Source: Candidatus Woesearchaeota archaeon
GTDB taxonomy: Archaea; Nanobdellota; Nanobdellia; Woesearchaeales; GW2011-AR15
NCBI GenBank assembly: GCA_038874655.1
Contig: JAVZBY010000001.1
Span: 68,997-132,996, forward strand
DNA length: 64,000 bases
Reading direction: 5' to 3'
Positions within the stretch are counted from its first letter, which is position 1, and every line of letters begins with the position of its first letter. A program made the translations under genes and the position numbers. The notes under the pieces were generated by a model. That model saw only the letters and a program-made list of their open reading frames with translations. It ran no database searches and was not told the origin of the DNA. This document shows positions 1 through 9,830 of the stretch, piece by piece.

Positions 1-2
1 TT

Positions 3-581
3 TTAGCAGATACAAAAGAAGGTGATTATGTTATTGTTAAGATATATAGATTAGCTTCATGTAATTTCAACAAAATGTATTATTATATTAAATCTGATCC
101 TAGATTCATGGATGTGAAAAACAGACGAAGAATTGTTATTTTTAAATGGGTGCAAAGAGAATACAGAAATTTATTAACAGCTAGAGAAGTTATTAATGTG
201 CCTATGCCAATTGCTTTTTCTAATAATGTTATTGTTATGGAATCAATTGGAAAAAATAGTCCTGCGCCACAATTAAAAGATCAATATCCAAAAAAAAAAG
301 ATTATTTTTGCAAAAAAGTTATTGATTTTGTTGAAAAATTAGCTAATTGTGGATTAGTTCATGGCGATCTGTCAGAATTCAATATTTTAAATTTAAATGA
401 TGAGCCTTATTTTATAGATTTTTCACAAGCAACTAGTCTAGATGATCCAAATGCTTTTGAGTATTTAAAGAGGGATTTGGAAAATTTAAAAAGATTTTTT
501 GAAAAATTAAATTATAAATTTGATTCAATTAAAATTTTTGAAAAAATAAAAGAAAATCATAATAAAAAAATAATAAGATAA
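3..581 (+). CDS. rio1: RIO1-family serine/threonine kinase (5'-truncated by window edge)
   Basis: Frame open from position 3 (VIVKIYR); DPRF, W..REY.NL, LVHGDLSEFNIL and IDFSQA motifs. Confidence 0.92.
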   Translation, partial: LADTKEGDYVIVKIYRLASCNFNKMYYYIKSDPRFMDVKNRRRIVIFKWVQREYRNLLTAREVINVPMPIAFSNNVIVMESIGKNSPAPQLKDQYPKKKDYFCKKVIDFVEKLANCGLVHGDLSEFNILNLNDEPYFIDFSQATSLDDPNAFEYLKRDLENLKRFFEKLNYKFDSIKIFEKIKENHNKKIIR

Positions 582-634
582 GATAAATAGAAAAAATTAA
601 AAATATACATAATTACTTTATAATAGGTGATAAC

Positions 635-871
635 ATGTCTGAATCTTCAAAAGATGAACAAATTGGATTTCATAAAGGTTCTTTGGCTACTTTAGCAAAA
701 GAAAGACAGGAATTACTGAAAATGGTTTCTATTGTAGAACAATTAATGCAAATGCATGTTAAAGCTTTACAAGAATTAGGTGTTGATTTGCAAAAATTAG
801 CAGAAGAAGCTGAAAAACAGCAAAAAAAGCCGATTGATGAAATAGTGGATAAAGAATCAAAACAAAAGTAA
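635..871 (+). CDS. Small coiled-coil hypothetical protein
   Basis: 78 aa ORF with strong AGGTGA RBS; helical/coiled-coil character. Confidence 0.75.
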   Translation: MSESSKDEQIGFHKGSLATLAKERQELLKMVSIVEQLMQMHVKALQELGVDLQKLAEEAEKQQKKPIDEIVDKESKQK

Positions 872-903
872 ATAATGAAAAAGCATATCACTTTTTATTT
901 CAA

Positions 904-1299
904 ATGTTTAAAATAATTTTTTCTTTTTCTGGACATGAAAATCTTATTGGCAATCATAAAAACACATTTGAATTTACAAAAGAAAAAGAGTTAACAAAAA
1001 AAGGAGATTGTATTATAGGGGTTAATTCTAATTTTGACCATACAAAATTAAAAGAATTATGTAAAAAATTTAAAAAAGCAAAAATCATTATTCAATCTGA
1101 TAAATTTAAAGATGATGTTGTTTTTTATTTAAATAAAAATTTTGATGATGAAAAAGAAATTGTTATAAGAAAATCAAATTTTATTTCAAAGAGAACTCTG
1201 GGAATTTTAGCTGAAAAATCTGCTTTTGAATTAAATAGAGATTTAATAAAGAGTATAAAAAATAAAGGAGGTTTTTGTGAAATAATTCCAATAGCTTAA
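904..1299 (+). CDS. DUF371 family protein
   Basis: GHEN...H.NTFEFTKE..LT.KGDCIIGV and IVIRKS.F...RTL motifs. Confidence 0.88.
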   Translation: MFKIIFSFSGHENLIGNHKNTFEFTKEKELTKKGDCIIGVNSNFDHTKLKELCKKFKKAKIIIQSDKFKDDVVFYLNKNFDDEKEIVIRKSNFISKRTLGILAEKSAFELNRDLIKSIKNKGGFCEIIPIA

Positions 1300-1314
1300 T
1301 TATAAAAGAGTAAA

Positions 1315-1782
1315 ATGAAAAAAGCAATGAATAATAAAGAAGTTAAAGAATTTCTGGAATTAGTAAAAAATGAATATAATTTAGAATTGCATAAAAAAGA
1401 GAGATATGAAATTTTTGACAATAGTAATGCGAATTATAAAATTATTTTAATTAATAATGTGGCTAAATTTTTTTATTATGAAAATAGACTAATTCCTAGC
1501 TTAAAATTAATTTTAGAAAATAATTTTTTGAAAAAAATAATTATTGATATGGGTGCTGTTAAATTTATTGCTTCAGGTGCAGATGTAATGAGGCCTGGAA
1601 TTGTTGATATTGAAGAAGGAATTGAAAAGAATTGTGTTGTTTCTATTATTGATGTTAATAATAAAAAACCAATTGCAGTAGGAATTACTTTGTATAGTGG
1701 AGAGGAAATAAGGAATATGAATTCTGGAAAGGTAATTAAAAATATACATTATGTAGGTGATAAGATTTGGAATTTCCTTTAG
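1315..1782 (+). CDS. PUA-domain RNA-binding protein (MCT-1/Tma20-like)
   Basis: IDMGAVKFIASGADVMRPGIV and GKVIKNIHYVGDKIW motifs. Confidence 0.9.
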   Translation: MKKAMNNKEVKEFLELVKNEYNLELHKKERYEIFDNSNANYKIILINNVAKFFYYENRLIPSLKLILENNFLKKIIIDMGAVKFIASGADVMRPGIVDIEEGIEKNCVVSIIDVNNKKPIAVGITLYSGEEIRNMNSGKVIKNIHYVGDKIWNFL

Positions 1783-1852
1783 TAAATTTTATTACTAAAT
1801 AGTAGTTTAAAAACCTAAAATTTATATAATAGTTCTTTTTAGTTTTTGTAAA

Positions 1853-3307
1853 ATGACTTTAAATGATGTTATAATTTCAGTTAATCAAGAGACAGTTATA
1901 GAATGGATTACTGAAATAGAAGAAAGATATCTAAGTGTAAAAAGAAAAGTTAATGAAATTAATTTAGACAATTGGCCAAAACCTTTATCTAGAGAACCAA
2001 GCTATCTAGTTAATGGACAAAAAAAAACTTTAGAAGAATTAACAGAAGAGGATTTCAATCCTATTATTAATTTTTTAAGTGGAATATTAAATTTATCTAC
2101 TTTTGAAAATGAAGAAAAAAATATAATTGCTAGGTCAATGGCTATTTTAAATACTGTTTTTTGGAATTTTGAAAAAAATGAAGCAAAAACAAGAAAATAT
2201 GAAAGTGTATATAGTATAACGCATTTATTATCTGTGGCTTATATGTTTGAAAATCCTGATTTAGAAACTTTATTAGTTGCTTTAAATCATGATACTATTG
2301 AAGATTCATATAGACATAAAGTTTTGAAAAGATATTATTTAGGAGAAAATATTTCAGATGAAGATGCTGAATTAGTTGGTTTAAGTGAAGAAGAATTAAA
2401 AATAAAAGATAAAAGGTTAAAAAGAGGCATTTATAATAAACATTTAAAAGAATTGATTATTAATACTTTATCTTTAATTGGTTTAGAGCATGAAAAAAGT
2501 GAAAGAGTAAGGATTTATTTAGATGCATTAACACATAGAATATATGAAAGTTATGAAAATTATATAAAAAGATTAGTTAGAACAGCAACAAGATTAGGTG
2601 TTGAAGGATATAAGTTAGTTCTAATTAAAGGATATGATAGATTAGATAATTCTCATTTTAATCCGCATTATAATATGCCTGAAATATTTGAAAAAGAAGG
2701 ACTTAAAATTTTAAGAGATGCTGTAAAAGATGTTTTTGTTTTAGAGGCTATCTCTGATTATATAGCAAATGAAAAGAGCTTAGATGATAAACAAATTGAA
2801 GAATTATTAAAAGTAAAAGTTGCTTTGGGTTCATTATTAAATAGAAATATGAACCAATTAATGATTTACATAAGAGAAAATTATAGAAATAGAAGATTAA
2901 CGAGAGAGGGTGAGGAAAAGAATTTAGAAGATTGGTTTAATGAATGCGAAAAAAAATTAAATGAATATTATGAACTAGGTGGATTTAATCAAAGAGATAT
3001 CAACCCTAGTAGTAAGAATCCTAACGAAATATTTAAATATAATGGAAGCATAACTTCACTTTCTTTATTTATTGAAGATAAAGGCTCAAATCTTTTTAGA
3101 AGCTTAAGCTATGATTTTGATTTATTAAAACTATACAAATTTTGTGCTGTTGCAAAAGCAATTGGTTGTTTAAATGCTGGATATAATCCATTTATTAATG
3201 GAAGATTAATTACTAATATAGATGAAAATGATATTTATGGATTAAATAGTTGGGGTAACTATGATTCAAAATTATTAAGATTTCAAATAAGTTGTATTGT
3301 TATTTAA
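1853..3307 (+). CDS. RelA/SpoT-type HD-domain hydrolase (small alarmone hydrolase-like) with long extensions
   Basis: TRKYESVYSITHLLSVA, VALNHDTIED, LDALTH...YENYIKRL, LIKGYDRLDN match the SpoT/Mesh1 HD motif series in order. Confidence 0.75.
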   Translation: MTLNDVIISVNQETVIEWITEIEERYLSVKRKVNEINLDNWPKPLSREPSYLVNGQKKTLEELTEEDFNPIINFLSGILNLSTFENEEKNIIARSMAILNTVFWNFEKNEAKTRKYESVYSITHLLSVAYMFENPDLETLLVALNHDTIEDSYRHKVLKRYYLGENISDEDAELVGLSEEELKIKDKRLKRGIYNKHLKELIINTLSLIGLEHEKSERVRIYLDALTHRIYESYENYIKRLVRTATRLGVEGYKLVLIKGYDRLDNSHFNPHYNMPEIFEKEGLKILRDAVKDVFVLEAISDYIANEKSLDDKQIEELLKVKVALGSLLNRNMNQLMIYIRENYRNRRLTREGEEKNLEDWFNECEKKLNEYYELGGFNQRDINPSSKNPNEIFKYNGSITSLSLFIEDKGSNLFRSLSYDFDLLKLYKFCAVAKAIGCLNAGYNPFINGRLITNIDENDIYGLNSWGNYDSKLLRFQISCIVI

Positions 3308-3312
3308 ATAAA

Positions 3313-4704
3313 ATGTCAATAGAAGATATTATCCAAAACTTAATTAAGAGATATGATAAAACAAGAGTAGTTGAAACTCCAGAAGGGTTAAAAAAACTTC
3401 ATCCTGGAGATTGTGATTATGAAAGAGCAAGACCAAGAGAACCTGATGAAATGCCATTAATGAAATTAACAAGAAAACTTTTTTTTCCTAATGGTAATTA
3501 TTCTGAACCTGATTTAAATGAAGAAAAAAAAAAAGCATTTATTCAATGGACTAGAAAAAGAAAAGAAAAGGCATCTGCTTTCTTATATATATTAAGACAA
3601 TATCTAGGTTATAGATCTATAAACCTAGAATCTGAACCTATTACAACAGAATTAGATTTTTTAAATTTTTTAGCTAATAGATTAACTAAAGATAACCTAC
3701 CTAATAAAAAAGTAATAATTACTGCTGAGGATTATATTACAAAAAACAGTTCTAAAGATTTATTAAAGGAATGGCAAAGGTCTAGTAAAGGAAGTAAAAC
3801 ATCATATACTCATTTTGAAGGAATAAGAAGAGAAGCAGAAAATGTTCCTTATTTAATGCAGGTTTTTTACTCTCCAAAAATGCCACAAGATAATGCACCT
3901 TTTATGATTTTTACAAGGGTTAAACATAGTGATAGTGCAAATGAAAAATTAGCACAAAGATGGGCTGAAGAACTAGATTTATTAGATAGATTAAAATTAT
4001 TTTTTGAAGGTAAAGAAAAAGTGAGTGGTTATAAAGATTCTAAAGAATTAGCAGATGATTTTAAAAAAAAAAAAACAGAAAATCCTGCATATATAAGATA
4101 TGTTAGATCAAAAGGAGAAGATCCTAATAACAAATCAAGATTAGATGAATTAAGAGAAGGTTTTATTTATGAAATAGAGGACTTGTTTGGCTTAACAATT
4201 GTTTTATCTCAGAGATATGATCAAACTTTTGTAGATAATTTAATTAAAAATTATTTTGGTAATGATTCATTATTTGTTTTTGAAAAAGATTCTTTAGATT
4301 TACATGTTAATGATCCTAATAAACCAGATGAAGCACAATTTAGAGTTAAGATTAACAGACAAAAATTAGTTGAATTAGTAGGAGAAAATTATGCAGAACA
4401 AATTTATGTTCCAGATAGTTTTGAAATTCAAGTTATTAGTGCTTCGGATTTAATTATTAAGCAATTCTCTCCTTTTTTTGGAGAAAGAGCTTACAAAGAA
4501 AGAATGAAAAAAAAAAGAACTAAAGGAAATGCTTATAATTATTATCAAAGAATATTAACTTTTTTAAGAGATATTTCTCCTGGAGAATCTATTGGAAAAG
4601 AACAAGAGAGACATGTTCAACAAATTAGAACTAATTTAAGCAGAATTCCACAACAAACTGGATATGAGGGATTTAGAAAACTATTAGAAAATTTATATAA
4701 TTAA
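3313..4704 (+). CDS. Divergent RelA/SpoT-type synthetase (small alarmone synthetase-like nucleotidyltransferase)
   Basis: TRVKHSDSANEKL, IEDLFGLTIVL, FEIQVIS, RAYK resemble RSH synthetase motifs; ATG 3313 lies 5 nt after the upstream stop (ORF track start 3292). Confidence 0.6.
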   Translation: MSIEDIIQNLIKRYDKTRVVETPEGLKKLHPGDCDYERARPREPDEMPLMKLTRKLFFPNGNYSEPDLNEEKKKAFIQWTRKRKEKASAFLYILRQYLGYRSINLESEPITTELDFLNFLANRLTKDNLPNKKVIITAEDYITKNSSKDLLKEWQRSSKGSKTSYTHFEGIRREAENVPYLMQVFYSPKMPQDNAPFMIFTRVKHSDSANEKLAQRWAEELDLLDRLKLFFEGKEKVSGYKDSKELADDFKKKKTENPAYIRYVRSKGEDPNNKSRLDELREGFIYEIEDLFGLTIVLSQRYDQTFVDNLIKNYFGNDSLFVFEKDSLDLHVNDPNKPDEAQFRVKINRQKLVELVGENYAEQIYVPDSFEIQVISASDLIIKQFSPFFGERAYKERMKKKRTKGNAYNYYQRILTFLRDISPGESIGKEQERHVQQIRTNLSRIPQQTGYEGFRKLLENLYN

Positions 4705-4723
4705 ACTAGATTTAATTTAATTT

Positions 4724-5176
4724 TTAAATTCTTCTTTCTTTCGGCACATAGTTAAACAATTTTTTATTAATTATTTTACCACAGCCAATGAAATTATTAT
4801 TGTTTTTTATTAAATAAAAACTATTCTTATAGTCTTGATTTAAATCAATATCCAACCCTTTAAGCCATTGTTCTGCTAATTCATTATTTAATTCTAAGAT
4901 GTTTTTTTTTGCACTCTTTCCAATTATTTGAGAACCTTCAATACTCAATCTTAATTCATTATTATAAATTTCACCTAAATACAAGCCTAAAGAATTAATT
5001 CTTAATTCCTTAATATCTATTTTTGAAAAGTCATTTGATATAATGAATATTTTATTTTTAGGATTAATTAAAAAGATATATTGATCTAAATCTGAAAGAT
5101 TTGAATCAAATTGCTCTTTTATTTTATTTAATAATTCTTTTTTTTCTTTTGAGTTTAAGATTCTTAGATTTTGCAT
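4724..5176 (-). CDS. Stand-alone PUA-like domain protein (RsmF/NOL1 C-terminal, NIP7-like)
   Basis: SLGLYLGEI..ELRLSIEGSQIIG, WLKG.DI, IGCGK....LFNYVPKERR. Confidence 0.8.
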   Translation of the reverse strand: MQNLRILNSKEKKELLNKIKEQFDSNLSDLDQYIFLINPKNKIFIISNDFSKIDIKELRINSLGLYLGEIYNNELRLSIEGSQIIGKSAKKNILELNNELAEQWLKGLDIDLNQDYKNSFYLIKNNNNFIGCGKIINKKLFNYVPKERRI

Positions 5177-5228
5177 TTTTTATTAGAATAAAAATAATTT
5201 TAAAAATTTGATTAATATTCTAAAATGA

Positions 5229-6155
5229 ATGTCTTTTTCACATTTAAATCCTTTAGATTTTAATTATTTAGATTATTATTCTTATTTAGAGAGAAATAAT
5301 ATTCAATTTAAAGAGAGAGTTATAAAAAGTTTAGAAGAAGAATTAGGAGAAATATGTGAAGGAATGTGTATTGGTTGTGTAGGTAGTGATGCGAGAAATG
5401 AAAATTGGGGTTCAAAAATAGAATTGCTTTTTATAAATTTATGTGATGATGAATTGTCATTTGAGTTAATATTTAATTACATACTTAACTCAAAAATAAA
5501 AGAATATTTGGCTGATGCAATAGAAGTAAAAAATAGAACAACAAATGATTTATTTAATTCTAGATTATTAATAAGAGGAAAAAAAGAAAGTGTTATTTGG
5601 TCACCATATAGAACAATTGATTCTTTGTTTTTGTTTGGAGATTTTTCTGCATTAGAATTTATAAAAACTAGATTTTTAGAGTATGGATTATCCAATAAAG
5701 AATTAATAGAAAGAATGAAAAAAAGAAGAAATTCACATAAAAAAATAAGTGAAACTGGGGAACAAAGATTTAAAGGAGAAAAATTAGAACATTATAATAT
5801 AAATGAAGGCTTTTGCATTTATGACCTTGATTCTCATTTATGGTCTTTTAAACAGGGGCCTTTGAGATATGTTCAATATGCTTTATCTTATAGAATAATA
5901 TCTTCCAAATTAAAAGATTTATTATATGAGCCAAATACTAAAAAAAGAATAGAATTTTTAAATTCTATTAGAATAATTAATAAAGATTATAAAGATAGTT
6001 TAATTGATACTTATTTATTTTTTTTACATCAATATCATATATCGCAATATGAATTTTATGTTAATCAAAGAAAAAGAATAATGTTTAATCCTAAATTAAG
6101 AAGAGAAATAGAAGAAAGATTAAATCAACTTAACAATTATATCACTAATATTTAA
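5229..6155 (+). CDS. Putative nucleotidyltransferase, GlnD/GlnE/DUF294-like
   Basis: CVGSDARNENWGSKIELL resembles G(S/G).GR.E...SD.DL; SFKQGPLRYVQ resembles the K..GGLRDI substrate-binding motif. Confidence 0.45.
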   Translation: MSFSHLNPLDFNYLDYYSYLERNNIQFKERVIKSLEEELGEICEGMCIGCVGSDARNENWGSKIELLFINLCDDELSFELIFNYILNSKIKEYLADAIEVKNRTTNDLFNSRLLIRGKKESVIWSPYRTIDSLFLFGDFSALEFIKTRFLEYGLSNKELIERMKKRRNSHKKISETGEQRFKGEKLEHYNINEGFCIYDLDSHLWSFKQGPLRYVQYALSYRIISSKLKDLLYEPNTKKRIEFLNSIRIINKDYKDSLIDTYLFFLHQYHISQYEFYVNQRKRIMFNPKLRREIEERLNQLNNYITNI

Positions 6156-6172
6156 TGGTTAAAGATGTTTAT

Positions 6173-7936
6173 CTAAATCCCCCAGACTGGATTTTTTTCT
6201 CTCATTATTTCTGCTATTGTTTTTAGAACTTCTATTTCTCCTTGCGATAAATATTTAGATAATTTTTTCAATTGTTTAAAGTCATCTTCTGGAATATAAC
6301 TATATAGAATATCGCCTTCATTTATTTGCCTGCCTATTGTAACATGTTCTAAAGACATTGCAACTTGTTTTCCTTTAGTAATGCTCTGTAAATGCTCTTT
6401 TTCATGCTGTATATCTTTTATTGTTGTTATAGGAATTCCATTTTTCATTAATTGCGTGCCTGTTTTTATTTTTCCTTCTAATATATCAACTCCGACTATT
6501 GCAGGATTACTTTGTCTAAAAACATAGTTTGGCATTATTTGCAATTTACATGGTCTAATTAAATTATCTAATTCTTTTGCTTCTAATAATTTTGTCTGTG
6601 TTTCTTTCCATTGCTCATATTCTTCTAATATCTTATAGATAATGTTGCTTGTAATTATTTTTACTTTTTCTGTGCTAGAAACATCAAAATCTCTTTCAAC
6701 ATTAAAACCTAAAATTACTGATTCAAATGGATTTTTTTCATAATTTGCCTCTGCATCAATAATGTCTTTTTTTGTAATTTTACCAATAGATGCTTTTCTT
6801 ACAGGAATATTTTTTTCTTTTAATAAAAACATTAATGCTTCTAATGAACCAAGTGTGTCTGCTTTTATTATTAATCCATGTTCATCTGTTTTTATCATTA
6901 CTTCTTGAACTTCTTTTTGTATATCTTTTATTATTTTTTCTTTTTCTGAATCATCTTTATAACTTTGTAATGGCATTCCTGCTATAACTTCATCTAAATC
7001 TGGAGCACTTATTTTAACGCCTGTAGCTGCTATTACAGAATCAACACTTTTAAATTGTGTCTTCTTATCTCTCATCTCTTTTAATGGAACAGGACAAAGT
7101 AATGCTTTTATTCTTGTTTCTATTGGTTTTTCAATACTACCAATTATTATTTTATCATTTTTTTTTAATATACCATCATATAATATAACATCAATTGTTT
7201 TTCCTAATCCCTGTGTTTCTTTTACTTCTAAAACAACTGCCTTTGCATTTCCTTGATTTAATTTTAAGTTTTTTTCTAAAAATTTTTGACTTAATCCAAT
7301 TAAGACCATTAATAATTCAGGGATTCCATCACCTGTTAATGCAGAAATAGGGATAATTGCTATTTGTTTTGTATAATCTTCAACTCTATCAAATCTCTCT
7401 GAGTTTAACCCCATTTCTGAAAGTTTTCCAACTATTTCATAAATTTTTGTTTCTAATTTTTCAATAACATAAGGATCTTGGTTGTTAAGATTTTTTATTA
7501 AATTTTTATCTAATTGCCTATATCCTGGAATTAAATCAATTTTATTTGCTGCAATTACAAAAGGTGTTTTAAAACTCTTTAGAATTTCAATACTTTCTAT
7601 TGTTTGTGGCATTAAACCTTCATTTATATCAATAACTAGGATTGCAATATCTGCTATTGAGCCACCTCTTTTTCTTAATGTTGTAAAAGCAGCATGACCT
7701 GGAGTATCAATAAATAATAAGCCTGGAATATTAAATTTAATTTTTTCATTTAATAAGGAACCACATATCTTTTTGATGGTATCTAAAGGAATTATGGATG
7801 CTCCAATTGCTTGTGTGATTCCACCTGCTTCACTTGTTTGGATAGCTGTTCCTCTGATTTTATCTAATAATTTTGTTTTTCCATGATCTACATGTCCTAA
7901 TGTAGAAATTACAATCTGTCTTAATGGACATTCCAT
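6173..7936 (-). CDS. infB: Translation initiation factor aIF5B/IF-2
   Basis: GHVDHGKT, EAGGITQ.IGA, DTPGH, NKID, KADTLGSLEAL. Confidence 0.97.
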   Translation of the reverse strand: MECPLRQIVISTLGHVDHGKTKLLDKIRGTAIQTSEAGGITQAIGASIIPLDTIKKICGSLLNEKIKFNIPGLLFIDTPGHAAFTTLRKRGGSIADIAILVIDINEGLMPQTIESIEILKSFKTPFVIAANKIDLIPGYRQLDKNLIKNLNNQDPYVIEKLETKIYEIVGKLSEMGLNSERFDRVEDYTKQIAIIPISALTGDGIPELLMVLIGLSQKFLEKNLKLNQGNAKAVVLEVKETQGLGKTIDVILYDGILKKNDKIIIGSIEKPIETRIKALLCPVPLKEMRDKKTQFKSVDSVIAATGVKISAPDLDEVIAGMPLQSYKDDSEKEKIIKDIQKEVQEVMIKTDEHGLIIKADTLGSLEALMFLLKEKNIPVRKASIGKITKKDIIDAEANYEKNPFESVILGFNVERDFDVSSTEKVKIITSNIIYKILEEYEQWKETQTKLLEAKELDNLIRPCKLQIMPNYVFRQSNPAIVGVDILEGKIKTGTQLMKNGIPITTIKDIQHEKEHLQSITKGKQVAMSLEHVTIGRQINEGDILYSYIPEDDFKQLKKLSKYLSQGEIEVLKTIAEIMREKNPVWGI

Positions 7937-8051
7937 AATAAAAAGGAGTTTTAATATGTTTTTAAAGATGTATATTTTCTTATAAGATATCTTTATAAAT
8001 TTTCAAGATTTTTGATAATTAAAATAAAAACTTAAGTTAAAAGGTGATAAA

Positions 8052-8531
8052 ATGGCAATAATAGGATTTCATTTTACAAAAATGAGTGTAGAAAGAAAAA
8101 AACAACCTAGCGGAAAAATAAATGTAAAAAATAATGTTATTTTAACTGATATTAAAGAAGCTAATGTTATCAGCAATGTTAAGCAAAAAGCAATTGAATT
8201 TAAGTTTGCATATAATACTATTTATGAACCAGAGATAGCTTCTCTTTCATTAGAAGGTGCATTAGTTTTTGTCGGAAATGATGAATTAGTTAATAAAGCA
8301 TTGGAAACATGGAATAAAGAAAAAAAATTAGTTGAAGAAATAATCCCTGAAGTTTATAATTATTTGTTAGAAAAATGCAGTATTGAAGCATTGATTTTAG
8401 CAAAAGAAATGAATTTGCCGCCTCATGTGCCATTGCCTAAAGTTAGTTCAGAAAAACAAAGTGAAGAAGTAAAAGAAGATAGCGAAAATAAAGAAAAAAA
8501 AGAAGATAAAGAAACTAAAAAGAAGAAATAA
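8052..8531 (+). CDS. Conserved archaeal hypothetical protein
   Basis: 159 aa ORF, AGGTGA RBS, C-terminal LPPHVPLPKV motif and charged tail. Confidence 0.75.
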   Translation: MAIIGFHFTKMSVERKKQPSGKINVKNNVILTDIKEANVISNVKQKAIEFKFAYNTIYEPEIASLSLEGALVFVGNDELVNKALETWNKEKKLVEEIIPEVYNYLLEKCSIEALILAKEMNLPPHVPLPKVSSEKQSEEVKEDSENKEKKEDKETKKKK

Positions 8532-9759
8532 ATTTTAAAAAAGGGATTATTTTTATTTTTTTATTATTAATTTTTTCTTCTGATTCTTGATCAAAAGTTA
8601 TTATTAAAGATTGATTTAAATTAAATTTTTCCATTGCTTCTAATAAGCCATTAAATTCTCTTTTTTTATTTGTTTCTGTTATTCCAAAGGTTACTTGTAT
8701 TGCCTCTTTTATTAAATTTGATTCTTTAATTAAAAAATCAACCTCGTTTTTTTCTGAAAAATAATAAAATTCTTTGCTTCTTCTTTTTAATTCAATGGCA
8801 ATTAAATTTTCTAATAGCTTTCCTTTATCTTCATTAAATAACATTAAATTAGAAAAACCATTGTCAATCAAATAAATTTTTTTTGGATTAAAAATTCGCT
8901 TTTTTAAAGATATTGAATATTTTTCTGAACTAATTATAAAAAAAGATTCAGAAAGCTCATATAAAAATTTAGATATTGTTTTTTTGCTTATGCTTATTGA
9001 ATTTGATTTTAAAAAATTTGTAAATTTGCTTATTGAAAAATATTTACTAAAATTAGATAATAAATAATTCATAAGAATCAATAAATTTTCTGGTTGTTCT
9101 ATTTTATATCTTTCTGATAAATCTTTATAAAAAATTGTTTCATAATAGCTTTTTAAAAGGTCTTTTTTTTCTTGTTCTTTTTCTTTTTTTATGACTTCAG
9201 GAAAGCCACCAAATTTTAAGTATTCATTTATTAAATTATTTAATATGCCTTTTTTTAAGTAAATTAAATCTTTAGTTAAAGTTACATTTTTTAATTTTAA
9301 GAATTCATTAAATGAAAAAGGCAAAATTATTTTTGAAATATATCTGCCTCTTAATTCTGTTGCAATCTCCTTAGAAAGCAGTTTAGATGATGAGCCAGAG
9401 ATAATTATTTTAAAACCATTATTATGTAATGTTCTAATAATTTTCTGCCAATTTTTTAAGGATTGAATTTCATCTAGAAAAAGAAATTTAGGATTATTAT
9501 TAAAAAGCTCTTGATATGCTTCTAATATTAAATCAAAGTTATTTAAATTTATTAACCTATAGTCTTCAAAATCTAAAAATAAAACTTGATTAAAATTTAA
9601 TTTTTGTATCATCTCAAACATACAAAAGGTTTTTCCTGCTCTTCTAGGACCTATTAAGGCTGTAATATCTGTTTCACTAAAATCTATATTTCTATTAACT
9701 AAGGAAACTTTTGCTCTTTCTAAATTCTCTAAAATAAGTTTCTTATAAACTTCTTTCAT
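8515..9759 (-). CDS. AAA+ ATPase with DUF4143 domain (COG1373-like)
   Basis: GPRRAGKT, FLDEIQ, SGSSS, LRGR, GGFPE, KKIYLIDNG, ENL, EVDF. Confidence 0.92.
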   Translation of the reverse strand: MKEVYKKLILENLERAKVSLVNRNIDFSETDITALIGPRRAGKTFCMFEMIQKLNFNQVLFLDFEDYRLINLNNFDLILEAYQELFNNNPKFLFLDEIQSLKNWQKIIRTLHNNGFKIIISGSSSKLLSKEIATELRGRYISKIILPFSFNEFLKLKNVTLTKDLIYLKKGILNNLINEYLKFGGFPEVIKKEKEQEKKDLLKSYYETIFYKDLSERYKIEQPENLLILMNYLLSNFSKYFSISKFTNFLKSNSISISKKTISKFLYELSESFFIISSEKYSISLKKRIFNPKKIYLIDNGFSNLMLFNEDKGKLLENLIAIELKRRSKEFYYFSEKNEVDFLIKESNLIKEAIQVTFGITETNKKREFNGLLEAMEKFNLNQSLIITFDQESEEKINNKKIKIIPFLKFISSF

Positions 9760-9800
9760 ATCTTTTAAAAAAGTAAAAGAAATATTTAAATGTTTCTTTT

Positions 9801-9830
9801 AGGAAACAATTTTAATAATTATTGTTTCCT
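9801..9830. promoter_or_regulatory. Perfect inverted repeat, candidate operator of the AAA ATPase gene
   Basis: AGGAAACAAT-N10-ATTGTTTCCT 42-71 bp upstream of the start at 9759. Confidence 0.45.

Noticed and set aside
1778-1799. Inverted repeat TTTAGTAA/TTACTAAA upstream of the HD gene
   Set aside because: 8-bp AT-rich arms overlapping the previous stop codon; too weak to call an operator
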